A DNA stretch of 32,000 nt from Rhodobacter capsulatus SB 1003. Its GTDB lineage: Bacteria; Pseudomonadota; Alphaproteobacteria; Rhodobacterales; Rhodobacteraceae. Position 1 is the stretch's first letter, and the number at the start of each line of letters is the position of its first letter. The DNA lies in assembly GCF_000021865.1 (NCBI RefSeq), contig NC_014034.1, forward strand, positions 3,690,001 through 3,722,000, given 5' to 3'. Under the pieces are notes generated by a model. The model saw only the letters and a list, made by a program, of their open reading frames with translations. It searched no databases and was not told the origin of the DNA. Below, in pieces: positions 18,120-26,248 of this stretch. A program made the position numbers and the translations under genes.

Positions 18120-18830
18120 TCAGCTCTCCAGCGGCTTGACGGCCACCACGCCATCGGATTTCGGCCGCGGCTCCTCGGGCATCTGGCCGGTGACCAGATA
18201 GGTCACCTGTTCCGCGATCGAGGTGCACAGATCGCCCATCCGCTCGATGTTCTTGGCGATGAAATGCAGATGCATGCAGGGGGTGATGTTGCGCGGATCT
18301 TCCATCATGTAGGTCAGGAATTCGCGAAACAGCGCATTGTACATCTGGTCGATCGCAACATCGCGGGCGCGGACATCGGCGGCCAGTGTCGCATCGCGCT
18401 GGATGAAGCTGTCGATCGAATCCTTCAGCATGCCCTCGACCTCCGAGGCCATGCGCCGGATCGCCCCCGAAGAGCCGTTGATCGACGGCAGGTCGGCGAT
18501 CACCTTGGACCGCTTGGCGATGTTCTTGGCATAATCGCCGACGCGCTCCAGATTGCCCGAGATCTTGATCACCGTCAGCGCGATGCGCAGATCGGTGGCA
18601 TGCGGGGCGCGCAGCGCGATCAGCCGCGCGGCTTCGGTGTTGATCTGCTCTTCCAGCGCATCCACCTGCTTGTCGCGCAGGCGGACGGTTTCGGCCAGTT
18701 CCTCGTCGCGTTCTTCCAGCGCCTGGGCGGCATCGAGAACCTGGGTTTCGACAAGCCCCCCCATCTTGACGACCATCGCCTGAACCGACTCGAGATCCCG
18801 GTCGAAGGATGAAACGATATGCTGTGACAT
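18120..18830 (-). CDS. phoU: Phosphate signalling regulator PhoU (236 aa)
   Basis: Internal ATG of the 336-aa track ORF gives MSQHIVSSFDRDLESVQAMVVKMGGLVE, with duplicated PhoU repeats containing ERVGDYAKNIA and ERMGDLCTSIAE. Confidence 0.95.
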   Translation of the reverse strand: MSQHIVSSFDRDLESVQAMVVKMGGLVETQVLDAAQALEERDEELAETVRLRDKQVDALEEQINTEAARLIALRAPHATDLRIALTVIKISGNLERVGDYAKNIAKRSKVIADLPSINGSSGAIRRMASEVEGMLKDSIDSFIQRDATLAADVRARDVAIDQMYNALFREFLTYMMEDPRNITPCMHLHFIAKNIERMGDLCTSIAEQVTYLVTGQMPEEPRPKSDGVVAVKPLES

Positions 18831-18841
18831 GGGATCTTTCC

Positions 18842-19639
18842 TCAACCGATACGGCCGGTGATGTAGCTTTCCGTGCGGGGATCGCGCGGATTGGTGAAGA
18901 TCTGTCCGGTTTCGCCGAACTCGACCAGATTTCCAAGGTGGAAGAAGGCCGTGCGCTGGCTGACCCGGGCGGCCTGCTGCATCGAATGGGTGACGATGAC
19001 GACCGAGAAGTTGCTGCGCAGCTCGTCGATCAGCTCTTCGACCTGGGCGGTGGCGATCGGGTCGAGCGCCGAACAGGGTTCGTCCATCAAAAGCACCTCG
19101 GGCGAGGTGGCGACGGCGCGGGCGATGCACAGGCGTTGCTGTTGCCCGCCCGAAAGCCCGGTGCCGGGGGCGGTCAGACGGTCCTTGACCTCGTTCCAGA
19201 GCGCGGCCTTGCGCAAAGCACTTTCGACGACCTCGTCCAGCTCGGCCTTGTTGCGGACCAGACCGTGGATCTTCGGCCCATAGGCCACGTTGTCATAGAT
19301 CGACTTCGGGAACGGGTTCGGCTTTTGGAACACCATCCCCACCCGGGCGCGCAGCTGCACCGGATCGACCTTCTTGTCGTAGATATCCTCGCCATCCAGC
19401 TGGATCGCGCCCTCGACGCGGCAGATGTCGATCGTGTCGTTCATCCGGTTCAGACAGCGCAGGAAGGTCGATTTCCCGCAGCCCGAGGGGCCGATGAACG
19501 CCGTCACCGTCTTGTCGAGGATGTCGATGTCCACATCCTTGATCGCATGCGAGGCCCCATAATAGACCTGCACCTTGCGGGCGGTGAATTTCGTCACGTC
19601 GGTGGTCACGGCTCTCTCCGTCAGTCGCATGTTGTTCAT
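18842..19639 (-). CDS. pstB: Phosphate ABC transporter ATPase PstB (265 aa)
   Basis: Walker [40 protein letters not shown], signature [14 protein letters not shown] and Walker [13 protein letters not shown]. Confidence 0.95.
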   Translation of the reverse strand: MNNMRLTERAVTTDVTKFTARKVQVYYGASHAIKDVDIDILDKTVTAFIGPSGCGKSTFLRCLNRMNDTIDICRVEGAIQLDGEDIYDKKVDPVQLRARVGMVFQKPNPFPKSIYDNVAYGPKIHGLVRNKAELDEVVESALRKAALWNEVKDRLTAPGTGLSGGQQQRLCIARAVATSPEVLLMDEPCSALDPIATAQVEELIDELRSNFSVVIVTHSMQQAARVSQRTAFFHLGNLVEFGETGQIFTNPRDPRTESYITGRIG

Positions 19640-19642
19640 TTC

Positions 19643-20974
19643 TTACCACCGCCGTTCGAATTTGCGCCGCAAGATCACGGCAAGGGAGTTCATCATCAGA
19701 AGGAAGATCAGCAGCACGATGATCGCGCCCGAAGCCCGTTCGACAAAGGCCGGATCGGCGCGTTGCGTCCAGTTGTAGATCTGCACCGGGATCGCCGAGG
19801 CCGGATCGAGGATGCCCTCGGGCGGGGCGGCCGGGTAGTCTTTCACGAAGGCGACCATGCCGATCAGCAGAAGCGGCGCGGTTTCGCCCAAAGCCTGCGC
19901 CAGACCGATGATCGCCCCGGTCAGGATGCCGGGCACAGCCAGCGGCAGGACGTGATGGAAGATCGTCTGCGTCTTCGAGGCGCCGACGCCCAGCGCGGCT
20001 TCGCGGATCGAGGGCGGCACGGCATTCAGTGCGGCCCGGGTGGGAATGATGATCCGCGGCAGCGTCATCAGCGTCAGCACCAGCGCGCCGACGAGCGGCG
20101 AGCTTTGCGGCATGCCGGCGAAGTTGATGAAGGCGGCAAGGCCGAGGATGCCGTAGACGATCGAGGGCACGGCGGCCAGGTTCGCCACGTTCACCTCGAT
20201 CAGGTCGGTGAAACGGTTCTTCGGCGCGAATTCTTCCAGATAGATCGAGGCGGCAACCCCGATCGGCAGCGCCAGACACAGCACCAGCACCATCATGTAG
20301 ATCGAGCCGAGGATGGCGACGCCGAGGCCCGCGGATTCGGGCCGCAGTTCCGAGGCATCCGGGTTGGTCAGGAAGCCGGTGTTGAAGGCCAGTTTCAACA
20401 GCCCCGCGTCGCGCAGCTTTTCGGCCAGTTGCAGCTGTTCGGGGGTGATGTTGCTGTCCAGCGCGGCGCTTTCCATCGTCACCCGGCCCTTGAAGAAGCC
20501 GTCGACCCGGCCCGAGGCCAGCACGTCATAGGTGATCGTGGTGCCGACCAGTTCGGGATCGGCCAGAACCAGATCGCGCAGCCCGGCGGGCGCCTCCTTG
20601 GAGATCAGCTCGCCGATCGCCTTGGTCTTCATGCCCGGGGCCAGGTTCTTTTCGGTCACCACCGCTTCCAGCGCCTTGGTGATCAGCTTGCCATAGGTGA
20701 CGGTCGTCGCCTTGGCCATCTCGGCCGGGTCGCGGTTACCCTTGGGGTCAAGCGCCTTGGCATCCAGCGTGATCGGCAGGCTCAGCACGGTCTGCCGAAA
20801 CGCGCCCAGACCCGAGCCAAGCACCGAGGACAGCAGCACCACCAGCGCCAGCAGGCCGATGACGACGGCGGTGATGCCGTAGATGCGGAAGCGCTTTTCG
20901 GCGGCATTGCGGGCCTTGGTGCGGGCATCGGCGGTGTAAAGCGACCGCGGCGCGGAAGTCTCGACCATGGTCAT
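19643..20974 (-). CDS. pstA: Phosphate ABC transporter permease PstA (long form, 443 aa)
   Basis: N-terminal TM, a large periplasmic loop, then the permease core with the EAA-type motif (IREAALGVGASKTQTIFHHVLPLAVPGI). Position between pstC and pstB. Confidence 0.9.
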   Translation of the reverse strand: MTMVETSAPRSLYTADARTKARNAAEKRFRIYGITAVVIGLLALVVLLSSVLGSGLGAFRQTVLSLPITLDAKALDPKGNRDPAEMAKATTVTYGKLITKALEAVVTEKNLAPGMKTKAIGELISKEAPAGLRDLVLADPELVGTTITYDVLASGRVDGFFKGRVTMESAALDSNITPEQLQLAEKLRDAGLLKLAFNTGFLTNPDASELRPESAGLGVAILGSIYMMVLVLCLALPIGVAASIYLEEFAPKNRFTDLIEVNVANLAAVPSIVYGILGLAAFINFAGMPQSSPLVGALVLTLMTLPRIIIPTRAALNAVPPSIREAALGVGASKTQTIFHHVLPLAVPGILTGAIIGLAQALGETAPLLLIGMVAFVKDYPAAPPEGILDPASAIPVQIYNWTQRADPAFVERASGAIIVLLIFLLMMNSLAVILRRKFERRW

Positions 20975-22431
20975 TCGTATTGCTCCCGGTATTTGCGCAC
21001 GATCACCAGCGCAAGGACGTTCAGCACCAGCGTGAAGATGAACAGCGTCAGCCCCAGCGCGAAGGCGACAAGGGTTTCAGGCGAGGCGAATTCGGTGTCG
21101 CCGGTCAGCTGGCTGACGATCTTCACCGTGACGGTGGTCATCGCCTCGAACGGGTTCATCGAGAGTTTGGCGGCCGCGCCCGCACCCAGAACGACGATCA
21201 TCGTCTCGCCGATGGCGCGCGAGGCGGCCAGCAGGATGGCGCCGACGATGCCGGGCAGCGCCGCGGGCAGGATCACCTGTTTCACCGTCTCGGATTGCGT
21301 CGCGCCCATGGCGAAGGACCCGTCGCGCAAGGATTGCGGCACCGCGTTGATGATGTCATCGGACAGCGAGGAGACGAAGGGAATGATCATCACCCCCATC
21401 ACCAGACCGGCCGTCATCACCGAGGAGGAGGAAGAGCCAAGCCCCAGCGGCTGGGCGACCCAGTCGCGCAGCAGCGGCCCGACGGTGATCAGCGCGAAAA
21501 GCCCGTAAACGATGGTCGGGATGCCCGCCAGCACCTCCAGAAGCGGCTTGGCGATGGAGCGCACCTGTTTCGAGGCATATTCGGCCAGATAGATCGCCGC
21601 GAAAAGCCCCACCGGCACCGCCACGGCCAGCGCGATGAAGGAGACGTAAAGCGTGCCCCAAACCAGCGGCCAGATCGACAGATCGGACCCGCCGCCGAAT
21701 TTCGGGTTCCAGCTCAGCGAGAAGAAGAAGTCCCGGAACGGATAGAGCTGGAAGAAATGCACGGTCTGGAAGACCAGCGACAGCACGATGCCGACCGTGG
21801 TGCCGATCGCCACCAGCGAGGCGGCGATGAGCAGCCAGCGCAGGAAGGTTTCAGAGACGTTGCGGGCGCGGAACTCGGGATGGATGCGCAGGATCGCGAA
21901 GGCAAAGCCGCCGAGCGACGCGGCCAGCGTCAGCGCCGTCATCGCGAGACGCCCGAAACCGGTCAGATGGCGCCAGTCCTTGGCGGCCTCGAAGATCGAG
22001 GGCTGCACATTCGCGCCCAGCGCGATGCCGACATCGGCCATGCGCGAGCGGATGTCGCTGAAATCGGCACGCATGTCATGCAGGTCGGCCTCGGTCAGGT
22101 GGCCGTCGGCCAGCATCAGGTCGATGCCCCCGGCGATGCGGCGCACATCCGCCATGACAAGATCGCGGCTGGACCCCTGCGGCAGATCGGCGGCCGGGAT
22201 CATCGCGGAAATCCGGCTGTCGATCACCACCGGCTGCGCCAAAAGCCAGGCCGCCATCAGCGCCAGGGCAGGCACGGAGGCGAAGAGCGCCACCGTCTGG
22301 CCATAATAACCGGGAAGGGAATGCAACAGGCGCAGATCCTTGCCGACCAGTTGCAGGGCCCGAAACCGGCCCAGAAAAAAGCCGCCGCAGGCAAGGGCGA
22401 GCACGATCAGCGCAAGAAGACCGGGGGTCAT
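20971..22431 (-). CDS. pstC: Phosphate ABC transporter permease PstC (long form, 486 aa)
   Basis: Multi-TM protein with the motif LRDGSFAMGATQSETVKQVILPAALPGIVGA. 4-nt overlap with the pstA start. Follows pstS. Confidence 0.9.
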   Translation of the reverse strand: MTPGLLALIVLALACGGFFLGRFRALQLVGKDLRLLHSLPGYYGQTVALFASVPALALMAAWLLAQPVVIDSRISAMIPAADLPQGSSRDLVMADVRRIAGGIDLMLADGHLTEADLHDMRADFSDIRSRMADVGIALGANVQPSIFEAAKDWRHLTGFGRLAMTALTLAASLGGFAFAILRIHPEFRARNVSETFLRWLLIAASLVAIGTTVGIVLSLVFQTVHFFQLYPFRDFFFSLSWNPKFGGGSDLSIWPLVWGTLYVSFIALAVAVPVGLFAAIYLAEYASKQVRSIAKPLLEVLAGIPTIVYGLFALITVGPLLRDWVAQPLGLGSSSSSVMTAGLVMGVMIIPFVSSLSDDIINAVPQSLRDGSFAMGATQSETVKQVILPAALPGIVGAILLAASRAIGETMIVVLGAGAAAKLSMNPFEAMTTVTVKIVSQLTGDTEFASPETLVAFALGLTLFIFTLVLNVLALVIVRKYREQYE

Positions 22432-22453
22432 GTGTTCATCCGCAACAAGGGAA

Positions 22454-22477
22454 GGGAGGCGCCCGCAGGCGCCCCCC
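22454..22477 (-). promoter_or_regulatory. Intercistronic GC hairpin between pstS and pstC
   Basis: On the minus strand: GGGGGGCGCC-TGCG-GGCGCCTCCC, a 10-bp stem with one G-U and a 4-nt loop. It starts 10 nt after the pstS stop and is followed by TTCCCTTGTT. Confidence 0.55.
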
Positions 22478-22486
22478 GAGGTTCGA

Positions 22487-23542
22487 TTATTTCAGCGGCC
22501 CCATCGGGGTTTCCGCCTCGACCATCGCCTGGGTCGCGGCCAGTTCCGGGTCCGAAACCAGGCCGTAAGCGGCCAGCGGGCCTTCCGGGCCGGCCATCTC
22601 GTCGGAGACGAAGAAGGTGATGAATTCCTTCAGGCCCGGGATCACGCCCAGATGCGCCTTCTTGACGTAGAAGTAGAGCGGACGCGACACCGGATAGTCG
22701 CCCTTGGCGATCGTCTCGGTCGAGGGGACGATGCCATTGATGGTGGCGACGCGCAGCTTGTCGGTGTTGTTCTGATAGAACGACAGTCCGAAGACACCGA
22801 TGGCGTTCTTGTTGGCGTCGATGCGCGACAGCGTCTCGGTGTAGTCGCCGTCGATGTCCACGGCCACGCCATCGGTGCGCAGCGCGCCGCATTTCTTCAC
22901 GACGTCTTTTTTCTTCGCATCCTCGTCGGCGCCTTCGGCCGTCGCCATGTAAAGATCATAGGCGCCGGTGGCCTTGCAGCCTTCTTCCAGCACTTCGATG
23001 TCGAAGACCTCGCGGGTGCCATGTTTGGTGCCCGGGATGAAGGTCAGGATGTCTTGCGCGGGCAGCTTGGCGTTCACCTCGGCCCAGGTCTTGGCGGTGT
23101 TGTCGACCAGCTTGCCGTCTTTCACCACCTTGGCCGAGATCGCGCCGAAGATGTCGGCGGGGGTGAAGGCGAAGTCCGGGCCCTTGATGTCGGAGGCGAA
23201 GACGATGCCGTCATAGCCGATGCGGACTTCCATGATCTCGTCGACGCCGTTCGCCTTGCAGGTGTCGATGTCCGATTGCTTGATGCGCGAGGAGGAGTTG
23301 GCGATGTCGATGGTGTTTTCGCCCACGCCTTCGCACAGCTTCTTGCGGCCCGCGCCCGAACCGCCGCCTTCGACGACCGGGGTCTTGAAATCGAAGTTTT
23401 CGCCGAAGGCTTCGGCAACGATGGTGGCATAGGGCAGAACGGTCGACGAACCGGCCGCCTGGATCTGGTCACGCGCGGCAGCGCCGGTGGCCGAGGCGGC
23501 AACGATGGCAAGCGCCGAGACGCCGAATTTCACGAAAGTCAT
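22487..23542 (-). CDS. pstS: Periplasmic phosphate-binding protein PstS (351 aa)
   Basis: Signal peptide MTFVKFGVSALAIVAASATGAAA, then AGSSTVLPY...GGGSGAG...TKHGTREVF, typical of PstS-family binders. AGGAG lies 7 nt upstream of the ATG. First gene of pstSCAB. Confidence 0.9.
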   Translation of the reverse strand: MTFVKFGVSALAIVAASATGAAARDQIQAAGSSTVLPYATIVAEAFGENFDFKTPVVEGGGSGAGRKKLCEGVGENTIDIANSSSRIKQSDIDTCKANGVDEIMEVRIGYDGIVFASDIKGPDFAFTPADIFGAISAKVVKDGKLVDNTAKTWAEVNAKLPAQDILTFIPGTKHGTREVFDIEVLEEGCKATGAYDLYMATAEGADEDAKKKDVVKKCGALRTDGVAVDIDGDYTETLSRIDANKNAIGVFGLSFYQNNTDKLRVATINGIVPSTETIAKGDYPVSRPLYFYVKKAHLGVIPGLKEFITFFVSDEMAGPEGPLAAYGLVSDPELAATQAMVEAETPMGPLK

Positions 23543-23604
23543 GGATCACTCCTGAAGATCTGGAAGGGCCGTTAAGACCTTGGCAACCCCTCTAGGCTCC
23601 TGTC

Positions 23605-23644
23605 GTGACGCTTATGCAAAAGATATATGACAGCTGTGTGACAA
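23605..23644 (-). promoter_or_regulatory. Two tandem Pho boxes (four 7-nt direct repeats at 11-bp phasing) upstream of pstS
   Basis: Minus strand reads TTGTCAC-ACAG-CTGTCAT-ATAT-CTTTTGC-ATAA-GCGTCAC. The distal box is near-identical to the E. coli PhoB consensus CTGTCAT-N4-CTGTCAT. The proximal repeat ends 62 nt upstream of the pstS ATG. Confidence 0.65.
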
Positions 23645-23650
23645 ACACTT

Positions 23651-24313
23651 TCAGGCCCGGCGCAGCGCGGCGGCGATCAGATCGGCGACCTCGGGACGCT
23701 CGCCGATGGCGGGCAGCAGGCGGCCGCGAAACCCCGCCTCGGCAAGCGCTTCGGGAATGTCCTGCGCGACATGACCGGCGCGCAGGGCGAAAAAGGGCAG
23801 ACAGAGCGCCTCGGGATGCTGCGCCGCGATGTCGCGCAGATGCGGATCTTCCTCGAGGAAGGCCGTGGCGATGCGCCGACCGGGCAGATGGGCGCCGATT
23901 CGCTCGGCCATCGCCATCGTCGCCATCCGCGAGCTGCGCGCCACCTGCGAGCCATGCGCGCACAGGATCAGATCGCCCGGACCGGCCTCTGCGACCGTTT
24001 TCACCACCAGCGCGGGCAGGCCGGGATCGGCGCCGAAGGGCGAGAGGATCTCCGCCCGGCTGCCCAGATCGGCCAGTCGGCGCGGCAATTGCCGCGAGGT
24101 GAACCAGCCCTCGGCCATGAAGAACGGATAGATCCGCGCCCGGGGCAGGGTTTCCAGCACGCGCGCCAGCGCCCCGGGCTTCGCCAGCGTCGCCGCCAGC
24201 ACCCGGGTTCCGGGCAGGCGCGCGCCGACCTGTTGCGCCAGCGCAGTCAGCGCGGCCTCGGCCGGATCGGGGTTCGAGGGGAAACCATGGGCGACGAGGA
24301 TGAAATCGGACAT
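23651..24313 (-). CDS. CbiX/SirB-family (class II chelatase-like) protein, two-lobed (220 aa)
   Basis: MSDFILVAHGFPSNP in lobe 1 and DLILCAHGSQVARSS in lobe 2 are repeated CbiX-type beta1-His motifs. ATG at 24313 is preferred over the track's TTG at 24319. Confidence 0.7.
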   Translation of the reverse strand: MSDFILVAHGFPSNPDPAEAALTALAQQVGARLPGTRVLAATLAKPGALARVLETLPRARIYPFFMAEGWFTSRQLPRRLADLGSRAEILSPFGADPGLPALVVKTVAEAGPGDLILCAHGSQVARSSRMATMAMAERIGAHLPGRRIATAFLEEDPHLRDIAAQHPEALCLPFFALRAGHVAQDIPEALAEAGFRGRLLPAIGERPEVADLIAAALRRA

Positions 24314-24537
24314 GGGCAAGACTTAGCGCGAAAGCCCGGCCTGACAAGGACGCCGCCCCGCGCCGCCGCGGTGTGGTTAACCAACCCCTGCGATGAAGCG
24401 CTTGGGATTGCATCATATTGTTCGGACTGCGCGATTGCGGGGAATCACCCGTTCACGTAAAAAGGGTGCAACGGCCAGTATGGCCAGGACCCGTATAAAG
24501 TTTCACGTGTGGTGCGTAGGGGAGCACGTGGGGTGAA

Positions 24538-24576
24538 GGAGGGTCCTGGTAGGGGTGCCGGGGCCCTCCGGTTTTT
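24538..24576 (+). terminator. Strong plus-strand intrinsic terminator with no annotated plus-strand gene upstream
   Basis: GGAGGGTCCTGG-TAGGGGTG-CCGGGGCCCTCC forms a 12-bp stem (2 G-U pairs) with an 8-nt loop, followed by GGTTTTTC. Every flanking CDS is on the minus strand. Confidence 0.6.
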
Positions 24577-24602
24577 CGTGTGGGCTGCAACGCTTTCGCG
24601 TG

Positions 24603-25022
24603 TCAGGGCGCAACACCGCCCAGCTCGCAGACGATCTTCCATTCCTCTTCCGTGACCGGCTGCACCGACAGCCGCATCGACGTGACCAGCGCCATCTGCG
24701 CCAGCCGCGGATCGGCCTTGACCGTGGCCAGCGTCACCGGCCGGGCGAGCGGCCGCAGCGCCCGGATATCGACGCAATCCCAGCGCGGATCCTCGGTGGT
24801 CGAATCGGGATGGCTCAGCGCGCAGACCTCGACGATGCCGACGACCTCCTTGCCGATGTTGGAATGGTAGAAGAACCCCTGATCGCCCAGCTGCATCGCC
24901 CGCATGTTGTTGCGCGCCAGATAGTTGCGCACCCCATGCCACTCTTCGCCCTCCGCGCCCTTGGCCACCTGCATGTCCCAGGACCAGACGTCGGGCTCGG
25001 ATTTGAAGAGCCATTTCGCCAT
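24603..25022 (-). CDS. EVE (PUA-like) domain protein (139 aa)
   Basis: Internal ATG of the 252-aa track ORF gives MAKWLFKSEPDVWSWDMQVAKGAEGEEWHGVRNYLARNNMRAMQLGDQGFFYHSN...VGIVEV, a canonical EVE-domain start. The ATG shares 1 nt with the yciI stop (TGATG). Confidence 0.85.
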   Translation of the reverse strand: MAKWLFKSEPDVWSWDMQVAKGAEGEEWHGVRNYLARNNMRAMQLGDQGFFYHSNIGKEVVGIVEVCALSHPDSTTEDPRWDCVDIRALRPLARPVTLATVKADPRLAQMALVTSMRLSVQPVTEEEWKIVCELGGVAP

Positions 25023-25291
25023 CAGCCGATCACCTTTTTCCATTCGGTGACGCTGACAGATTCGAAGAGCCCGGCTGCCGCATAGGGATCGCCCGCGGCC
25101 CAGGCCTGCGCGGCGTCCAGGCTCTCGCAGTCCAGAATCACCAGCGAGCCGCACATCTGCCCCGCCTCGAGAAACGGCCCGGCCATTTTCACGATGCCGG
25201 TCGTCTCGATATAGGCCAGATGCGCGGCGCGGGTGTCGAGCCGCGTTTGCAGCGCCCCGGGCTTGTCCTTGCAGATCACGGCGTAAAGCAT
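25022..25291 (-). CDS. YciI-family protein (89 aa)
   Basis: MLYAVICKDKPGALQTRLDTRAAHLAYI...GPFL...GSLVILDCESLDAAQAWAAGDPY is the YciI-like fold signature. Abuts the gpsA stop. Confidence 0.8.
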   Translation of the reverse strand: MLYAVICKDKPGALQTRLDTRAAHLAYIETTGIVKMAGPFLEAGQMCGSLVILDCESLDAAQAWAAGDPYAAAGLFESVSVTEWKKVIG

Positions 25292-26248
25292 TCATTCCTC
25301 CTTCAGCGGGCGAGAGAGCAGCGCCGTAACGGCGTCGGCAACGGAAATCTTTTGCGCGCAAAGCGCGGCGATCATCGCGGCGATCGGCATCTCGAGGCCA
25401 TGGTCCCGCGCCAGTCCGGTGACGGCCCGGGCGGTGGCGGCGCCCTCGACCGTCACGCCGGGATCAAAGGCCGAGCCACTGCCCAGCGCGATCCCGTAAC
25501 GGAAATTGCGCGATTGCAACGAGGTGCAGGTCAGCACCAGATCGCCAAAGCCGGAAAGGCCCATCAGCGTCTCGGGCCGGGCGCCCAGTTTCATCGCCAG
25601 CCGGTTCATCTCGGCAAAGCCGCGGGTCATCAGCGCGGCGCGGGCGGAATCGCCCAAATTCGCCCCGATCACCACCCCGGCGGCGATGGCGATGACGTTT
25701 TTCAAGGCGCCGCCCAGTTCGGCGCCGATCGTGTCGGTGGTGCGGTAAAGCCGCAGCGTCGGGGTGGAGAGCCGCGCCTGCAGATCGGGCGCATCGGTCC
25801 GGCAGGCCAGCGTCAGCGCGGTGGGCAACCCGCGCGCGATATCGGCGGCAAAACTTGGCCCGGTCAGAACGGCGGCCAAGGCGCCCGGACAGGCCGCCTC
25901 GATCAGCGCCACCGAGCCGCGCCCGGTGGCCAGATCAATCCCCTTCGAGCAGGAGACGAGCACCTTGCCGTCAAGCAACCCGGCGTTTTCGCTCAGGAAA
26001 CCGCCCATCTTCTGCATCGGCACGCCCAGCAGCACGATATCGCAGCCCGCGGCATCTTCGATCCGGTCGGTCACGGTCAGGACTTCGGGCAGCACGGCCC
26101 CCGGCAGACGCCGGTCGTTGCGACGGCTTTCGCGCATCTCGGCCACCTGCGCGGCATCGCGGGCCCAGAGCAGCACCGGCCCGCGTTGGGCGAGCGATAT
26201 CGCCAGCGCCGTGCCGAACGCCCCTGCCCCCAGAACCGCAATCGTCAT
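25292..26248 (-). CDS. gpsA: NAD(P)H-dependent glycerol-3-phosphate dehydrogenase GpsA (318 aa)
   Basis: Internal ATG of the 582-aa track ORF gives [20 protein letters not shown] (Rossmann GxGxxG), then [22 protein letters not shown] and SRNFRYG motifs. Confidence 0.95.
   Translation of the reverse strand: MTIAVLGAGAFGTALAISLAQRGPVLLWARDAAQVAEMRESRRNDRRLPGAVLPEVLTVTDRIEDAAGCDIVLLGVPMQKMGGFLSENAGLLDGKVLVSCSKGIDLATGRGSVALIEAACPGALAAVLTGPSFAADIARGLPTALTLACRTDAPDLQARLSTPTLRLYRTTDTIGAELGGALKNVIAIAAGVVIGANLGDSARAALMTRGFAEMNRLAMKLGARPETLMGLSGFGDLVLTCTSLQSRNFRYGIALGSGSAFDPGVTVEGAATARAVTGLARDHGLEMPIAAMIAALCAQKISVADAVTALLSRPLKEE

Noticed and set aside
18809-21508. 899-aa plus-strand ORF.
   Set aside because: It is antisense to pstB, pstA and pstC, all of which have clear ABC-transporter motifs. 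The translation is Arg/Gly/Asp/His-rich with no recognisable domains. GC-bias artefact.
23592-24460. 274-aa minus-strand ORF (23592-24416) and 229-aa plus-strand ORF (23771-24460) overlapping the CbiX-like gene.
   Set aside because: Both are alternative-frame or antisense readings of the same GC-rich segment, with Arg/Ala/Gly/Pro-dominated translations. Only the 23651-24313 frame shows the duplicated CbiX-type motifs.
24314-24470. Possible cobalamin riboswitch in the 5' leader of the CbiX-like gene. The minus strand contains GGTGATTCCCCGCAATCG and AGTCCGAACA, faintly like the B12 core and B12 box.
   Set aside because: The matches are short and compressed relative to the roughly 200-nt consensus architecture. 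The conserved GCCACTG element and a proper B12 box (AGYCMGGAGACCKGCC-like) are absent. Only a cmscan could settle it; by eye it does not qualify.
24451-24535. The ACGT-containing repeats as a guanidine-II (mini-ykkC) tandem hairpin riboswitch.
   Set aside because: mini-ykkC needs ACGR tetraloops closed by GC stems. Here the fourth base is T, and the flanks do not form the required short hairpins.
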